Below, one piece after another: positions 22,611-33,000 of a DNA stretch of 33,000 nucleotides. The stretch spans positions 279,001 through 312,000 of the forward strand of contig RDEW01000040.1 of assembly GCA_011109175.1 (NCBI GenBank). The letters are read 5' to 3'. The number at the start of each line of letters is the position of its first letter. The first letter of the stretch is position 1. Below the pieces are notes generated by a model that was given only the letters and a program-made list of their open reading frames with translations, made no database searches and was not told the DNA's origin. Made by a program: the position numbers and the translations under genes. This DNA comes from Dicyema japonicum. Lineage: Eukaryota > Animalia > Dicyemida.

Positions 22611-22700
22611 TAAGATTCAGGCATAAAATTTATTTTTAAGGCAAAATACTAATAAAATTATTTAATTAAAATAATTTAAATATACTATTTGTGATCTTCA

Positions 22701-23702
22701 ATGCGATCTTGTGGTTATCCCTAAATTTATAAATCATAGTTCTCTCTAACATTAACCTGACAGTTCAGTCATCAAAAATTGCGAAAATCTCATCCTCCAG
22801 ATATTTGAGTTCGTCTGCCTTTGACATCAACGAGTGCAACAGAGATCTTCGTCGTCTTCAGATCGCCAAGGAAGTCGCTGTGGATCAAATGCGATTTCGT
22901 GACTGGCAGAGGGCCAACGACATCCTTTTTGGAAAGGATCGTGATTTTTCCAACTACCCGTCCTTCGAACTTCGCGAGAATACCGATCCTGTTTATTTCA
23001 AAATTATCCCTGCTTCCTGGTTCTCTCGCTTCCAATCCCTGACTGGAGTCACTGGTACTCTTACCGTTGACTGTAGGTCCATACATTTTCGCATTAACGT
23101 TCGCCTGTACTCTACTTTCCAAGGAAATCTACATTATGAACCACGATGGGAAGGAATTCCTCGTCTACCTGGCCGTGGTCTACTTCTTCGTTTCTGTGTT
23201 CGGTCCCAAGGTTCATCGACACTTGGAAAGCCTACATACGGTTGGGAATTTTGTGACCCATGTGTTTAGCAATATTTAAATTCCGAAGTGTTAGAGTTCA
23301 CCGCCAAAAATTTGGAAGTAATAAAATCTGACCGCCAATACTTTGAGAAGGCCATAAAGGAAGTTGAAGGGATCAGGGATATCTTTGCCGTGATGCGGGT
23401 TGTCCCTTATCTTAATTGCAGTACAACTTAAATCTACAGTTGGAGTCGGCCTACAGGGAGAGATTGGCAGAGTTGCATAACTCTGTTAAAAGAAAAATGG
23501 TAGTGGAAGTTGGTATTTCAGGATTTCCTGGTGGAGAGGAAGAAAACGGAGCAGAATATCCTCCAGAACTTCACCGTGGACTGGATCGTGACCCAGGTGA
23601 TGGCGGCGATTACCCCCCAGCTGGTAATCTGGGACTTATTTGTAGGAGAAGGATAGTCTTAATGCGGCTATTGGACAGCTCAGACTGATTGCTAGCAAAT
23701 GA
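22701..23702 (+). CDS. ATP5PB: Mitochondrial ATP synthase peripheral stalk subunit b, 285 aa, six introns of 22-29 nt
   Basis: Introns 22714-22739, 23055-23076, 23241-23269, 23399-23421, 23500-23521, 23624-23645 give an open 858-nt CDS. Acid-free S/K/R-rich presequence, DRDFSNYP, LTGVTGPY, LSKEIY, YRERL, DWIV, EKDSL..IGQLRLIA, all collinear with animal subunit b. Confidence 0.93.
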
Positions 23703-24699
23703 TTGACTTAACTCACTAATATGACTAATATAAATTGGTGTTTTTTACTAATAGGGAAAACGCTTTATTTGGGTAAATTGTTAGTGTCATCGTCCATGTG
23801 GATGTATACTGTTATGAGGAAGAATATCCCCATTCCTAGCAGATTTGTTATTATTACTAGCTCCTGCACTCCAATCATCACAAACACGTCTTACTAATTT
23901 TAAATATATTTTAATTTATTATTTAATTGTATTATAATTTATTTATTGGGTAACAAGCTTCAGCTTTAGATGCTTTTTACGAAATCTCATCCTCGAGGAG
24001 AGCATGGAGGCACAAAAAATTGTTTGTAATGTCGCATAGTAGCGAGATGACTCTTTAGGTTGCGCTTTGTACATAATAATTGGCTTTGGTTCAAAGATAG
24101 TCATGGTGAGGGAGGACCCAATGGGGAATGAAGTGAGAGTTTTTAGTCTGTACGTACTTATGTACATCCGTTATTCGTCAATGAGGTAGAGCGAATTAGT
24201 AAATGAATATTTATCCACCAGTCTAGTTATCACAGTGACTTATCCAGATGGGCATTTTCGGTGATGATTATGAACTTCCTTAATTGGTTGTTTTAAAATT
24301 TTCTTTCTCGGTTTCCAACTCATCCTGATACTGCCGTAGGTGATTTCCTTACTATTCCCATGATAATACTCTTAGAGATCTCAACGAGAATTAAAGAACT
24401 TTAAAGGAGTGTCATATGCAGCTGATGCTTATCAAGGAAAACCAAGATCTTTTAGTTGGTTTCTATTTTTTATTAAAGTTTTAAGATTTGTTTGAACTAG
24501 AAGTGAATTAAGTTGTTTTCTCCGATGTCTGGGACTGGGAAAACAGGAAAGGAGTTTCATGAATCGGTTCGCAGGAGATATATTCTCAATACTAGCAGAA
24601 TTATTCATAGAGTAGAAAAATACTGATAGGTTGCCAGGGAGTTAACGGTTACAATAAATGAGGGTTCACATAAGTCCCTCTTAAAGAAGGTTAAAGTAA

Positions 24700-24955
24700 C
24701 CTTCTTGAGTGACTGTCAGAGTGAATGGTTCAAGAATTCTACTTTGGTCGCACTTTGAAGCAGTCAATGGAAATCGTGGTGAGGGAATACCATAGTTCTC
24801 TTCCAAGAGTACTTTCATGTTGTTTTATGGGCGAGAAAGATCCGTCGAGCATCAAATTATTTTCCAATCGCACAATAGAGCATAAATTGTAGAGTTCCAT
24901 TTTTTATATTCTTTGGCCAGTGGATGCCTACGATTTTCCACAGCTGATTTCTGTG
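24700..24955 (-). mobile_element. RTE-clade LINE C-terminal relic
   Basis: HRNQLWKIVGIHWPKNIKMELY matches HRKQLRLLGVYWPKQITNDELY at about 11750. Confidence 0.5.
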
Positions 24956-25045
24956 GTGATTATTATTATTTTTTATTTATTAACCTGATTTTGTGGAGAT
25001 TAAGAATAATGAATAAACAAATTGTAAATTAATTTATTAAAGAAA

Positions 25046-26694
25046 ATGAATCAGTTATTTAAAAAATTATATTTCAAATATAAAAAAATTAAAATAGCAC
25101 GTGCTCTCGTCGACGATTGTTGTGGAAATGGTTGTCAGCGAGAATATAACAAATTATTTAATCTATATTCGTACAAATACAACAAACAGGACTCTCAGTG
25201 ACCTGGAGTTCAAGAAACTAATGGTAAGGGTCATCAATCACTTTAGAAAATCAAATGGCAGGAAAAGTTGTCTGCACACGTCGAAGATTACAACAACACT
25301 CTTATCTGTGTGGTCATCCATTACCCCAATCTAATAAAGCCTGTACTATCGAAAATATTCGACGATTTTGCCCCAAGTTTCTTTCCCTCGCATTTTAGTT
25401 CTTTCCCCTAAGGAAGACGTGAATGATCATATGTCTCAAATCCATGGCTCAATTGACGCCTCATTCCGCTTGTTTGTCCGCCTAGCAGAAATCTCTCCAT
25501 AGTAGCTGTTATCTAAAACCTTTAGCGGAGTTCAGTCATGTCTGGTTTCCATAGTACAGAAGGCCTACCCCTTCTACAAAAAGCATGAGCTCACAGTCAC
25601 TCTGTTTGTGAAAAATTTGTTGGGGATAGTCTCCTGTGTCCCCTCAGTCGATACCAGACGATCAGTGGTCCTTATGGTCGTCTCCAATAGTCTCATCATT
25701 GATGTATTCCCCCAACTTAACCATAGACCAATATTGACCATGCCTGGCTTCCTGGAGAGTCTCTTTCGTCGAATCCCCATTCAGAGGACGCTGTTCTGTT
25801 CGGGAAACTAACTCAGATAATGAGATGTTTTATCCACTTTATAAATCAGGGTACAAGGGTGGATTTACAATTTTAGATGTGATTGGCCTGAAGGATTGGC
25901 TGCGTGTATTCGAGGACACGTTCCTGCTGATCAGTCGGGTATGCCAGTTGCAGTTTATAATGCTACACGTGCTAACGAAATATAACGTTATGGGTGGTGT
26001 GATTTTTAGAAAGGATTTGATGCAATGGCTTTGTATTTGTGGCGGAGAGTCATCGATGTGGAGAGAGGGTTGGTAGTACGGTTGAACTCGTTGTCTTATT
26101 TGAGATCTCTGCTGATTCATGCTGATGGGGTCCATGAAAGGTTTGCTTTTCGATCATTTCAGAGTCATCAAATTTTGTGTGGGCAAAATGGCAGATTGGC
26201 TGTGTGGTTTTGTTGACTACTACAGCAATAGGGAGATCAGTCCCAACAATTTGAGCATTTTTTACAATATATTTGAATCCTTGTCTTCTGTGTTGTTGGA
26301 ATATGTCCACATGGACAGTTATGTGGCTGTACGATGCCTTGATGGAGTTCTGGGATCACGATGGAACCCTCTGGCTTTTCTTAGAATGGAAACTGCCGAG
26401 TTGTTTGTGCTTGTTTTGTGGAGAAGTCGGCATTCTTTTAACGCATTTTCTATTCTGAGAAGAAATCAGCGATCAGAGGTGGATAATTCATCGTTGGTTG
26501 GTGGTCTTTGGGATCCTTTCGGAACTGTGTTGTGTGAGGACATGAAAGGTCTTGTTAGGACGTCAACCAGAATCACGGCTGAGAGAATTAATTTTGAAAT
26601 GTCTAATATGCTCTCAGACCGCAGCAAAATTGATGATTCTGATGATATTCTGTGGGACACTATTTCTCGGGATTTGGCTGAAAGTTGTATTTAG
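25046..26694 (+). CDS. RRN3: RNA polymerase I transcription initiation factor RRN3 (TIF-IA), about 488 aa, eight introns of 19-26 nt
   Basis: Introns 25171-25189, 25224-25246, 25377-25398, 25502-25525, 25704-25726, 25851-25876, 25987-26009, 26141-26162. Peptides YPFYKK...FVKNLL, CQLQFIM, YLWRRV, SYLRSLL, WNPL, ILRRNQR and WDPF are collinear with RRN3 (FPF.RK...YVHNLL, CHVQF.M, HLWKK, NYIGSFL, LNPL, IIERNNR, FDP). The start may instead be ATG25128. Confidence 0.88.
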
Positions 26695-27079
26695 TATTTA
26701 TTTTTTACTCTTTTTCGATATTTATAAAGATATGTTTTAACTTACTGACTTAATCGTTAAAATTCTGGGTAAGACACACGTGGGAAGTATTTTGAACAAA
26801 TGTGGATAACGACATACTTGTTTATAAGTAACTCTAATGGCTTCGCTATTCCAAATATAAGAAAATTTGGAATTCTATATATCCAAATTTACTAATCTTC
26901 AAGTGAGATTATTTGTGGAAATGATAGATTTTTGTTGAGACTCCCTTGTTAACTCCTCTAGGAGAATAGTTATTTATAGATAACGGAAATTGGTACAATG
27001 AGCTTTTGGATAACATTAATAAATTACGATGATTGGCCTTAAATGAGCAAGGAATTAAGTAAGGTTATGAAATACCATT

Positions 27080-27530
27080 GGTATTACCTCGAAGGACCTG
27101 GACTTTTCTGAAGAAGCTCCATTTATTTATAAAGGATGTAGAGACTCTCATCTCAGGAAAAGGAATCCGTATGATATTCACTTTGTCGTCATTAACTTCC
27201 ACACATTTTAGATTGTCTATTGAGGTCACTTCAATAAGTTGTATTTAGATCCCCTTCTACAATATATTTGGATATGTTTTATAGTCAATCTCCCGTTATT
27301 GAGAACGCATTCTCTAACGGTTATATGAAAATGCTCTCATTCACCCATTCCTCTTCTCGACTGTCCCTCTGCTTATTTTCTCTCAAAGATCTGATGGCAC
27401 GTAGGGAGGAAAGAGATTTGGATCTTATGATCCCCGAATTTCGGCCGCTATGGGATTTCCTTCTGCAAAGAAACATATCAGGTTTGTTATATTGAATTGT
27501 TGTGTCGACGCGGTTAGGATTTTTGGAAAT
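27080..27530 (-). mobile_element. Deleted relic of an R4/Dong-clade RLE domain
   Basis: RVDTTIQYNKPDMFL and LIEVTSIDNLKCVEV...KVNII, collinear with the 4267-4461 peptide but with internal deletions. Confidence 0.5.
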
Positions 27531-27959
27531 GACATTTTTTGAAGATGGAAAAATATAGCTTCAGATTGGTGGGAGAATTCCTGTAGATGTTGGAATATCA
27601 AAAGTACTATTTTCAAGCGATTTTAATAATTTCGAAGGAAACATCGATATAACAAATACTCAATTGCAAGATACTTGTCTTTAAATTTGCTTGCTTCATA
27701 TTTACCGTTCAAGAATTCCCTGATTGTTATCCGGCTTCGTTCATCGCGCAGATTTGCTGATTTTCTCAAATATTTACTTTGTGTTTACAGTTTTGTTTTA
27801 AAATCAAATAACATTTTTCAGTTATAAAAGCGAATTAGACAAGACCCTTTCTTATTTCATGGTAAATATAGTCTCCTTACAAGCTGGCTTCATATAAATT
27901 TTACGGCCATTAGTTACTTTCTGATAGGATAAACCGACTCTGCTGATTTCGGTCGACTC

Positions 27960-30900
27960 TACTATGAGTGAAATCAAGATCTCTAACGTACTTTACCTCT
28001 ACGACCAGTCCCGATATATGAGAATGTACTGCAGAGGATCAAGCTCCTTCCGGCTTGAATTCTACAGAAACTCCAATAATATGGCCTTTGTCAAGCCCTG
28101 AACGCTGCTTGTCCCCACCAATTCAGAACGCCAGTCTCAAAACCGTCGGAGATTTGTATAAGGAACCTACCTTTCTGGGTTAAGGACGACGACCTCCTGG
28201 ACTACCTTCAGGAGATGGCTCCTTCAACCACGAAGGTTACTGGAATGTCCAGAGGAACACAGACGTTGCCAATGCTAAGGCCTCAATCAATAACAAAACA
28301 GAGGCCACATCACTAGTACGTTGTGGCTTCTACATTGGAAGGAACATGATCACTTGCGAGTCCATGAGAAGAGGGCCGCCGATCTGCTACAACCGCCAGC
28401 AGGTCGGTCACTTTGCATACCAGTGCAAAGGAAGAAGTGCTTCAGATGCGGGGGAGAGCACGATATCTCTCAGTGCAAAGTGGACCCGGGCCTCGAACGA
28501 AAGTGTGTTAACTGCGGGTCATTCAAACGCGGCGCCAGATATCGAGGCTGCCCTGTGTTAGTGGAGACCAAACGCAATCTTGATCTCCAAACAACAGTAT
28601 GGAATCAAGACAGAAGAACAATGTCAACGCTGAGAACAAGAGGTGGAGGCGTCAATGCAAAGAGAATAATTGGCCCAAGAATTAACATAAATGAACCAGC
28701 TCAAAATCCACGAGAGTCGGCTAGGCTACCCGAAGGAATGTGCCAGAGAAGATCGCAAAAAAAACTATAGGAAATTATATCAAGGCTGAAAGAACTAAGC
28801 AATATTCTTGGCGTGGATTTACGAAAAATGGTGGACCTGGCGATGGAGAGCCCAGGCCACCTAAAAGCAAATTGAGAAGAGGTCTGAAGATAGTTCTGGT
28901 AGATGCCTGATCATTGAGAAAAGGCATCATGATTTAGCACTACTTCTGACATCCACCTGGATTGACATCCTGGTGGTCATCTAGACCAAGGTGAAAAATA
29001 CCAACTCTACTACGCTACAGGGATTCAATTCCATAGAAATACCGTGGGTGAAGGTTCTGAGGCTGGCACTGGAACCACATTGTTCTACAGTGATGACCTA
29101 CAAATACGAGACCCTAAAATTATTATGAGTACACAATGCGAATTTGTTTCCGTTGAGGTGCGCTGCTGTGGCTCATGGATAAACGTTGGAGGCATGTATT
29201 CGAAGGACCTCAGGAAATCTTCTACAGAGATCGAAGAATTCTTGGATAGGCATGTCTGTCCTGGTAGGCGATCTAAACGCCAAAATCGTTAATTATGGGT
29301 GCTTTGGAACTAACGGTGACGGACTTAGACTAGAAAAAATGGGAGAGAAAACTGGTTTTGAAATCATTACGTCGGAGGAGCCAAACCACCGTGGTGGAGA
29401 TATGCTTGGCGTATTCCTTATCTCACCACCGCTCTACAACTATGTGGAAGGGCCGAAGATCACATGGGACATCGGCAGCGACCACATTCCTCAGGAACTA
29501 ACACTACACTTGACACCAGATACTACGGAAATAGTGTTCATGGAATATGACTTGTCAAGGATAAACTGGGAACAAGGAACCTCAAAAGCTGGAAGGAGGG
29601 ACCTAATTCCCCGTTGAAATTGACAACATGGACCGAGACCTTGCAATCATCATAGAACAATACTTGTCACTGTATGCCAAGATTTTCCGATGCTAGTCGT
29701 AAGAAGAGCATTGATATCTCACTTTGATATTGATCAAGAAACCACTTGAGAACCAAGCTCAGAAGATGTGTTGACTGTATAGACCGAATAGCTCTAACCG
29801 ACCGACTAAAGAAAATCAAAAGAGCCATTGAAGGGGGAAGAAGATTGACTCTGGAACGAAGATGGAGGGTCGAGGCAAGCAAACTAAACGCCAAAGACCC
29901 CTCATTCTGGAAGATCTATAAAAGAATAACTGGCCAGAAGAACGATGAAAAGAAAATCATCTTGAACAACCCAGAAGGAGGCTCACATTCTGCGGAGGAA
30001 GCCCAGAAATTTTTAAGAAGCTGGACCAGGGAGTCAACAAGATGGAGCTGATCCTGTCGGAAGGGCTGGAAGCTTCACAAGAACTACATATCTACTTTCC
30101 GAATGATCTCAAAGATACTGATATGAGGATCACGCTAGACTAGAGGTCCAGAGGATTTGCTACTCTTACTAAGGAACATATTTAACGCAAGCATTGATCA
30201 TGGATATGTCCCAAGACGCTGGAAAACCTCTATAGTCAGGATGATCCTAAAACCAGGAAAGTCGGGGAGGGACCCTCTCAACTATAGGACGGTCAGCCTC
30301 ATTTGCTCTATCTCCAAGATTGCTGAGCAAGTTATCTTCAAGAGGCTGAACGAGCATGTAGAAGAGAGTGGCTTCCTCCTCGTGGAACAATGTGGCTTCA
30401 GACCTGGAAAATCCTGCACGGATTGTATCCATCAAATGCATTCGGTGGTACTCAAAGGTATGGAATTCAAGAGACAAGTCAACCTGGTATGTCTGGACCT
30501 GTCAAAGGCCTTCGATAGCGTGTGACATGAAGCCCTCCTATCAAGGCTCGCGGCTGCAGCCATCCAAAAGAAACTCTTCCTATGGATAAAGGACTTCCTA
30601 ACAGGACGGACTTCCCGAGTGCGTGTTGGAAGAAATACGTCGAGAGATATCTTACTGAGGAGGGGTGTTCCGCAGGGCTCTGTCCTGAGCCCTCTTTTGT
30701 TCAACGTGCTTTTGTCAGATTTCCCTACTCCGCCGGACGCGAACACCAAATTATTAATATACGTGGACGACATACTAATTATGGACATGTCTGGGAAGTC
30801 TACACTATCAGAGAGAAGAATCAAGTTGTTCACTGACCGAGTGCAAGACTGGCGCTCCAAGAAAAGGATAAACTCTCTATTGAGAAGTCCAGCTTCATGA

Positions 30901-31400
30901 AGATCAGTCGCCTACGGAGACATCTTATACAACCTTATTCACTTGGAATCCCGAGAGTTTACTCACTTCGCTACCTTGGGGTAGTTATCAATCAGGGAGG
31001 TTCTTTTATGGAGGACATCAAGCGGAGGAGGCAGAAAGCGTTGCAAGCGCTCCTTTGTACACAGAGATGGCCGTTAGCATGGAGACTTTCCTATTTATCC
31101 TTATGAGGATTATTCTACTGGAGTTACTATATGGCTGTGAAGCGTGGTACTTCACGCAGAGGGAAGGAATAATGTAACTTTTCGAAAGATCAAGGAGGTC
31201 TGCAGTAAAGTTAGCTTTGGGCAGAAGACTCCGAGACGTCCTGAGTACAGAAGAAGACAGGATTCTTGTCTCAGTAAAGCACATCGTGGAGAAGAGGATT
31301 CGAGGGATCCGAGGTTAATGATATTAAATGGAAAGGGGTACGTCGGCAGTGTCCAAGCCGCGTAGGCGAACTAGTTAAGAACCCCTAGACCTAACTCCTA
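27960..31400 (+). mobile_element. Full-length but inactivated two-ORF LINE (Jockey/I group): gag-like ORF1, then APE endonuclease plus RT
   Basis: ORF1: IRNLPFWV (RRM-like) and three zinc knuckles (CYNxQQVGHFAYQC, CFRCGGEHDISQC, CVNCG..YRGCP). ORF2: GDLNAK, GSDHIP (APE); QCGFRPG, DLSKAFD, GVPQGS, YVDD, YLGV, LLYGCEAW. Many stops and frameshifts. Ends approximate. Confidence 0.9.
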
Positions 31401-31484
31401 ATTCCTGTTTCTAATAAAGTTCTATGTTTTACTTTCTAACGAATTTGTCTCTGAAACTTTACAGTGTTCACTAAGGTTTTAAAC

Positions 31485-31504
31485 CAGAGTTTCTCAACCT
31501 TTTT
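31485..31504 (+). repeat. Solo hAT/Charlie-like terminal sequence
   Basis: CAGAGTTTCTCAACCTTTTT preceded by TTTTAAAC (TA-centred 8-mer) resembles Charlie-type termini. No partner end found. Confidence 0.3.
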
Positions 31505-31749
31505 TTGTATCGCCTCTATAAAAAAATTTCGCCCCCATAAGCTTTAAATTTGGGATTCTTTTAGTAATTCTTGCAGAGGAGCGAGCAGCGAATCTGGTGC
31601 GGTAACGAGTGTAGATCTCCAAAGACATGGAAAACTTTTTCGATATAAAGGACGACGTAAGCAATTTAACAAAAAAATATTTTTCTTAATTAAAAAATAT
31701 GAAAACTTATAATTTATTCTTTATCTTTGTTAGACCAAATAGCTTAAAT

Positions 31750-32040
31750 TAAAAGAAGACGCTCTCGGAGCCATCCAGTCTCACGTGGATCCTTGGTGAC
31801 CCTTTGTATTATTGAGCCGATCCGACGGATTAGATCGTCCGCTCGTGGGCATGGATTCCTGACGTCTCAACAGCAAATGGGACAAAAGAGTGATCCTCCG
31901 AAATGCTTCAGTACTTCCTTTTCTTCTGATCCTCAGCTTGCTTAGAAGTATGACCTGGGTCCGAGACTGAAGCGGCCAAAAGAATATATCAACGCACGTA
32001 GCGTCCCAAGCCAGGTTCCGACAGTTATCGTCAAAATATC
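31750..32040 (-). mobile_element. CRE-clade RLE-domain fragment from a different subfamily
   Basis: LAWDATCVD, KKRKY, FVPFAVETSG, ETGWLRERL versus LIWDAACTD, KIKKY, QPVVVETSG, ETEWLFQRI at 7068-7457. Confidence 0.75.
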
Positions 32041-32404
32041 TTTAAAATGTTAATTTCCTCACATATGCCTTTAAAATAGATTATTAGACAGCTAATTCAT
32101 CAAGTTGTACTGAAAACTTTGTTTTTCTAAGAGACTCAAGATCACTGCCTCCATATCTCAGCATTGTGTTGTTACTAAATGGAATAGTTTTAGTAATTTG
32201 GGAGATTCCCTTGCAGAATAAGCGAGATGTGTTCTATATTAACCGTGTTCGCGAGATGGCTTCATCACATTATTAGAAAAATACATACAACTCGGGTAAA
32301 TACAAGAGATTAAGTTAATAAAACCAACACATAAATAGTTTTCTTTATATTCTTTTATTTTTTCACAAGTCCAATAAAAAAGTTCCAATATTTTATTTAA
32401 ATTA

Positions 32405-33000
32405 CAGTAAACCCTCATTAATCTGAACTTCAATAATCCGAAAACTTCGATATTCTAAATTTTTTGATGAGTTAACAAAATTTTACAAAGTTTTCTTACA
32501 AATAGGCTTCAATAAACCGAAACTTCATAATCCGCAATCCGAAATAAAATTATTAAAAATTTCGTATTAATTTATTTTGTTTTTATAATACATTCAGATG
32601 AATTTATATTTAAATTTAAATCTAAGAGTACCAAATTGTTAGAAAAAAGTAATATTTGTGAAATAAAAATATCAAAAATGACTCTCAGAGAATTATCCCA
32701 TATCTGTGAATAAAAATGAACCTACACTCAGAAATTCTAAAAAACCGTGAAAGTTGGAAAACTGTGAAACTACGATTAACAAGACAGCCAAGTGGTAAAC
32801 GTCATCAACTTGATAATTCACTTGTTGAATGGATGAAATTAATGGTTTTATTACTGAAGATATCATTTCATAAGCTAAATTATTTGGCGTAAAGCTTGAA
32901 ATCATCGAATTTGAAGTTAGTAAAGGCTACACAGATTTTAATGAAGATTTAACCTTAAACTAAAAGTTCTTAATGGAGAACCTAACAGCTAGCACAATAT
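32405..33000 (+). mobile_element. 5' end of a degenerate pogo/Tigger (Tc1/mariner superfamily) DNA transposon
   Basis: TA|CAGTAAACCCTC terminus with repeated AACTTC..ATAATCCG subterminal motifs. Downstream LDNSLVEWM and AKLFGVKL...FEVSKGY resemble the CENP-B-like HTH (L..WF...KA..FA..LG...F..S.GW). Runs off the window. Confidence 0.6.

Noticed and set aside
22790-23122. Antisense and alternate-frame ORFs over ATP5PB, RRN3, PTCD3 and the LINEs (e.g. 22790-23122, 25839-26310, 14854-15132, 6950-7441, 30432-30860)
   Set aside because: They are explained as shadows of real coding sequence on the other strand or frame and carry no independent motifs.
1-33000. CRISPR arrays, prokaryotic operons or defence systems, rRNA genes
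   Set aside because: There are no regularly spaced repeats or rRNA-like sequence, and the genes are spliced eukaryotic housekeeping genes.

Overview
This is an AT-rich eukaryotic window, not a prokaryotic one. It holds five host protein-coding genes: RPC3/POLR3C, PTCD3, ATP synthase subunit b, RRN3 and one orphan. The ORF track fragments them because they are cut by about 40 predicted ultra-short spliceosomal introns (19-29 nt, 30 of 40 at 22-24 nt, manual tally). The animal-type ATP synthase b sequence plus these introns points to a highly reduced invertebrate; a dicyemid mesozoan is my best guess (inference only). Most intergenic space is filled with transposon relics: CRE-, R4/Dong-, RTE- and I/Jockey-type non-LTR elements, a possible BEL/Pao remnant and pogo/hAT ends. 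The most notable observations are: (i) a near-fixed A at -7/-8 from the intron 3' end (36 of 40 introns) with no other branch consensus; (ii) a GATCAC...GTGATC 3'-terminal hairpin, usually overlapping the stop codon, in six diverged LINE ends; (iii) a young PHD-finger CRE retrotransposon nested in an R4-like element, with a 12-bp TSD and an odd composite 5' junction; (iv) repeated single-base homopolymer deletions that look like assembly errors. All homology calls come from remembered motifs; no database search was run.
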